DNA of 64,000 bases from Oscillospiraceae bacterium (GTDB taxonomy: Bacteria > Bacillota > Clostridia > Oscillospirales > Oscillospiraceae), in NCBI GenBank assembly GCA_017398685.1, contig JAFQFH010000001.1, positions 1,052-65,051 of the forward strand. Direction: 5' to 3'. Each line of letters opens with the position of its first letter. Position 1 is the stretch's first letter. The position numbers were made by a program, and so were the translations under genes. Of the stretch, positions 62,575 to 64,000 are shown one piece after another. The notes beneath the pieces are model-generated. The model did no database searches. It was not told the origin of the DNA and saw only the letters and a program-made list of their open reading frames with translations.

Positions 62575-63750
62575 TCAGGTCTTCTCGCGCTTGGAAACAA
62601 CGTCGAAGATGACGGCTGCCAGCAGAACAAGACCCTTGACCACCTTCTGGTAGTTTGCGTCAACACCCATGATGCTCATGCCGATGTTGATAACGCCCAT
62701 GAGGACTGCGCCGACGATAACACCGGGAACAGTGCCGATGCCGCCGTAAGCGGAGGCGCCGCCGATGAAGCAGGAGCCGATAGCGTCCATCTCATAGTTC
62801 TGGCCGTAGGTGGGCTGTGCAGAGGACATACGGGCGATGGTCAGCATACCGGCAAAGGCAGCCAGAAGGCCCATATTGGCGTAGGCAATGAAGTAGACCT
62901 TCTTGGTGTTGATACCGGAGAGCTTGGTGGCCTGCTCGTTGCCGCCGACAGCGTAGAAGTGACGGCCGACAGTGGTCTTGGAGGTGATGTAGGTGTAGAT
63001 TGCGATGATGATTGCAACCCAGATGAGTGCAGTGGGCAGGCCCTTGTACTGGGCCAGCTTGTATGCAAAGAACACGATAACTGCGGAGATAACAACAGCC
63101 TTAATAAGAGTCTGGAAGATAGGCTCCACATCGTAGCCCTTGCGAATTCTGCCTGCGCGGCTCATGAAGGTGGCTGCAAGGTAGATAACGATTGCAGCGC
63201 CGCCTACCACGAGACAGAGCATATTGAGCTCGGCTTCGGGGCCGCCGATGAAGTCGGGTACGTAGCAGTTTGCACCGCCGCCGAAGAGACGGACAAAGGT
63301 CTCATGGCTGACAGACTGGGTGCGGCCCTTGAGAACCACGTTGGAAAGACCTCTGAACACCAGCATGCCGGACAGGGTGGTGATGAAGGGCGGTACGCGG
63401 ACAAAGGCTATCCAGAATGCCTGCCATGCGCCGATGCCAAGGCCCACAGCCAGCATGAGGACAACGACCAGCCACATGTTCATGCCCTTTGCCAGCCACA
63501 CAGCGCCCAATGCGCCAACGAAGCAGACAACAGAACCGACAGACAGGTCTATGTTACCGCCGGTAAGGATGCACAGCAGCATACCGGTTGCAAGGACAAA
63601 CACGTATGCGTTCTGGGCAATGATGTTGGTGATGTTCTGGGGCAGAAGGAGCTTGCCGTCAGTGCGCCATGTGAAGAAGGCAACCACCAGCACCAGTATC
63701 AGTATCATGGTATATTTCTGGACTCCGTCCATTATTTTTTTCTTACTCAT
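62575..63750 (-). CDS. Monosaccharide ABC transporter permease (XylH/MglC-like)
   Basis: It is 391 aa and polytopic, with a GGIDLSVG-type motif (GGNIDLSVGS). Confidence 0.9.
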   Translation of the reverse strand: MSKKKIMDGVQKYTMILILVLVVAFFTWRTDGKLLLPQNITNIIAQNAYVFVLATGMLLCILTGGNIDLSVGSVVCFVGALGAVWLAKGMNMWLVVVLMLAVGLGIGAWQAFWIAFVRVPPFITTLSGMLVFRGLSNVVLKGRTQSVSHETFVRLFGGGANCYVPDFIGGPEAELNMLCLVVGGAAIVIYLAATFMSRAGRIRKGYDVEPIFQTLIKAVVISAVIVFFAYKLAQYKGLPTALIWVAIIIAIYTYITSKTTVGRHFYAVGGNEQATKLSGINTKKVYFIAYANMGLLAAFAGMLTIARMSSAQPTYGQNYEMDAIGSCFIGGASAYGGIGTVPGVIVGAVLMGVINIGMSIMGVDANYQKVVKGLVLLAAVIFDVVSKREKT

Positions 63751-63764
63751 TTCTCTGTGCTCCT

Positions 63765-64000
63765 TTATTTGTTGCTTGATTTAAGAATTGCTGCCATGAT
63801 CTTTTCCTGAGTGGCTTCGGCGCCGTCAAACTCGCCCACCACTGAGCCTTCGTTGAGCACGTAAATTCTGTCGCTCATGCCCAGAACCTCCGGAAGCTCG
63901 GAGGAGATCATTATGACTGACTTGCCCTCGGCAGCCAGCTGGTTGATGATGCAGTATATCTCGTATTTAGCACCCACGTCAATGCCGCGGGTAGGTTCAT
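63765..64000 (-). CDS. Sugar ABC transporter ATP-binding protein, C-terminal end (5' part lies outside the window)
   Basis: ...[47 protein letters not shown] is the second NBD of an MglA/XylG-type ATPase. The frame stays open to the window edge. Confidence 0.85.
   Translation of the reverse strand, partial: EPTRGIDVGAKYEIYCIINQLAAEGKSVIMISSELPEVLGMSDRIYVLNEGSVVGEFDGAEATQEKIMAAILKSSNK

Overview
This looks like a chromosomal window from a spore-forming Firmicute, probably Clostridia. The signs are spoIIE, CotF-type coat genes, GGAGG Shine-Dalgarno sites, TTGACA-17-TATAAT promoters and a T-box leader. Most of it is housekeeping. It starts with the 3' end of ffh, then rpsP and a KH-domain gene, followed by a Phd/ParE toxin-antitoxin pair and a three-gene GT-C/GtrB/GtrA surface-glycosylation module. 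Next come a CotF coat-protein pair, an LCP enzyme, and a tRNA locus: tRNA-Gln on the plus strand and a Val-Phe-Gly-Cys operon on the minus strand. Further along are yerC-methyltransferase-hslO, NfeD/SPFH, a hexokinase-family gene, a Trp T-box controlling a stand-alone trpB-like gene, and a lipoprotein 5'-nucleotidase. Then GH94 cellobiose phosphorylase plus GH1 beta-glucosidase, DegV, and an eight-gene pyrimidine operon (pyrC-carB-pyrK-pyrD-pyrF-pyrE-pyrB-pyrI). The window ends with spoIIE, ahcY, mgtE, mntP and a pentose/deoxyhexose-type sugar cluster (ABC transporter, FGGY kinase, DUF4867, fucose-isomerase family). I found no CRISPR array, rRNA, transposase or integrase. The best candidate for an undescribed system is a tightly overlapping operon at about 31.2-34.8 kb. 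It encodes a zincin-like/VWA (DUF2201-type, MIDAS DxSGS) protein, a signal-peptide-less BspA-type leucine-rich-repeat protein and a MoxR-like AAA+ (AAA_5-type) ATPase with a long helical tail. An RCC1-like beta-propeller lipoprotein follows it. Other points worth a second look are the tRNA-fragment scars around tRNA-Gln and tRNA-Cys, a fused Wzz/BY-kinase homolog with all ATP-binding motifs degenerate, a CrtI-like flavoenzyme coupled to an FNR/2Fe-2S reductase, a secreted Cys/His-rich protein, and a pyr operon lacking carA. All functional calls come from my own recognition of motifs in the translations. No database search was run.
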